Below, in pieces: positions 45,123 through 46,141 of a stretch of 46,141 bases of DNA. This stretch comes from a virus (taxonomy: Duplodnaviria > Caudoviricetes), in IMG/VR virus record IMGVR_UViG_3300028384_000756, positions 1 to 46,141 of that record. One strand, 5' to 3'. The position numbers and the translations under genes were made by a program. A model generated the notes under the pieces. It saw nothing but the letters and a program-made list of their open reading frames with translations, did no database searches and had not been told where the DNA came from. Position 1 is the first letter of the stretch, and the number at the start of each line of letters is the position of its first letter.

Positions 45123-46141
45123 ACCGTATGCAACTTTTTGATATCCACTACAACAAATGCGCCACCGCCAAAAGCAACACCGTTTTCATTAGTTCCAAAG
45201 TTAGTACCAATTGTGCTTGTTGCCCAGTTTTCACCGTCTGCTGTATACTGTGCAGTAGTGGTGTTATTGCCAACAATTACCATTGCACTTGGTTTGTATG
45301 TAGACGAACCGTCGTCTAGTAGTCCACTTGCTGCATCTCTTGTTGCAAAACCAGCAGCTAGTGTATCGGTTGTCCAAGTTTCTCCGTCGTTACTGACGTT
45401 TACAGTTGATCCGCTTGTTCCAAATACAAAGAATTTACCTTTTAATCCAACCCCGTCAAAATCAAAATCAATAATACTACCGTCGGTTGCATCAATTGTT
45501 GTAACTGTAATAGTAATATCGTTTGCAGGACTTGCACCATCTACACTTGTACCTGGTATTGTAATTGTATCTAATCTTACATATTCAATACCTGCGTTAT
45601 TCAATGTTACATAATACTTTTCACCGTTTCTAGTTACATCAAATGTAGCATCACTGCCGTCACCGCTTGTTGTAGTTGCTATGTTTGTATACTGTGCAGC
45701 CGTTTCCATGTAATGAGCTACACTGTGTGTTTGGCTACTTGCTAGTGTTGATGTCGTAATACTTGCAGGCGGAGCACTAAACACCACACCCGGTTCAATT
45801 TGATAAGTTGACGAACCGTTTGGTGAAATAATTGGTGTTCCTGGAAGAACATGTTCCCAACCTGCTGTACTGTCGTCTTTTAATACTGTAGCAATTTTTG
45901 AACCCGAGTTATAAGTGTCAATAGTTGCATATTGTCCAACGCCTGCGCCACCTGTAACAAACACTTTCATACCAGGATAAGCACTTGAAATAGCCCCGTC
46001 GGTTGCTGCGATTGTAATGGATGTAAGATCACCGGCCTGTGCAGTGTTAGATACAACAGTATAACCTGATCCGCCAGCAGTATCCGGTGTTGATTCAAAA
46101 ATTCTTACTCTGTTTATTGAGTTATCTCTAAATTCATCACC
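45107..46141 (-). CDS. N-terminal (partial) part of the same large structural protein; open to the window end
   Basis: The frame stays open upstream of 45970 (GDEFRDNSINRVRIFESTPDTAGGSGY...AYPGMKVFV); same propeller repeats; ends in an out-of-character tail after a frame break. Confidence 0.8.
   Translation of the reverse strand, partial: GDEFRDNSINRVRIFESTPDTAGGSGYTVVSNTAQAGDLTSITIAATDGAISSAYPGMKVFVTGGAGVGQYATIDTYNSGSKIATVLKDDSTAGWEHVLPGTPIISPNGSSTYQIEPGVVFSAPPASITTSTLASSQTHSVAHYMETAAQYTNIATTTSGDGSDATFDVTRNGEKYYVTLNNAGIEYVRLDTITIPGTSVDGASPANDITITVTTIDATDGSIIDFDFDGVGLKGKFFVFGTSGSTVNVSNDGETWTTDTLAAGFATRDAASGLLDDGSSTYKPSAMVIVGNNTTTAQYTADGENWATSTIGTNFGTNENGVAFGGGAFVVVDIKKLHTVWDCL

Noticed and set aside
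566-45614. Numerous short opposite-strand ORFs in the track (e.g. 566-868, 10349-11569, 18423-18860, 43651-44133, 45138-45614)
   Set aside because: They are antisense shadows of long genes, with no RBS, promoter or recognisable motifs.
1-46141. Stop-codon reassignment
   Set aside because: The standard code gives full-length, tightly packed genes, and the one split gene involves a frame change rather than an in-frame stop.

Overview
This is an AT-rich, densely coding segment of a large T4-like myovirus genome (standard genetic code), probably an uncultured aquatic phage; the host cannot be determined from this window. Most of it is a virion morphogenesis module: a small-terminase-like gene, gp4 head-completion nuclease, tail tube, tail sheath, neck and tail-completion genes (gp13/14/15), several fibre/baseplate proteins and two S8 subtilases. 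Embedded in it is a ~17 kb block (22.56-39.39 kb) of two converging operons that encode 5 flavin-dependent (tryptophan-halogenase family) halogenases and 13 Fe(II)/2OG- or JmjC-type oxygenases. Both operons start at T4-late-type promoter motifs. The block lies just downstream of three tandem His/aromatic-rich polyglycine fibre paralogues. The leading hypothesis, which is inference and not shown by the sequence, is a late-expressed system that halogenates and hydroxylates virion proteins. Other observations are apparently leaderless late transcripts, a perfect sigma70 promoter on the dNMP kinase, a type-1-copper-like motif in a fibre protein and two probable internal deletions in structural genes. 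I saw no tRNA, CRISPR array, integrase or reverse transcriptase. All family assignments come from reading motifs, not from database searches.
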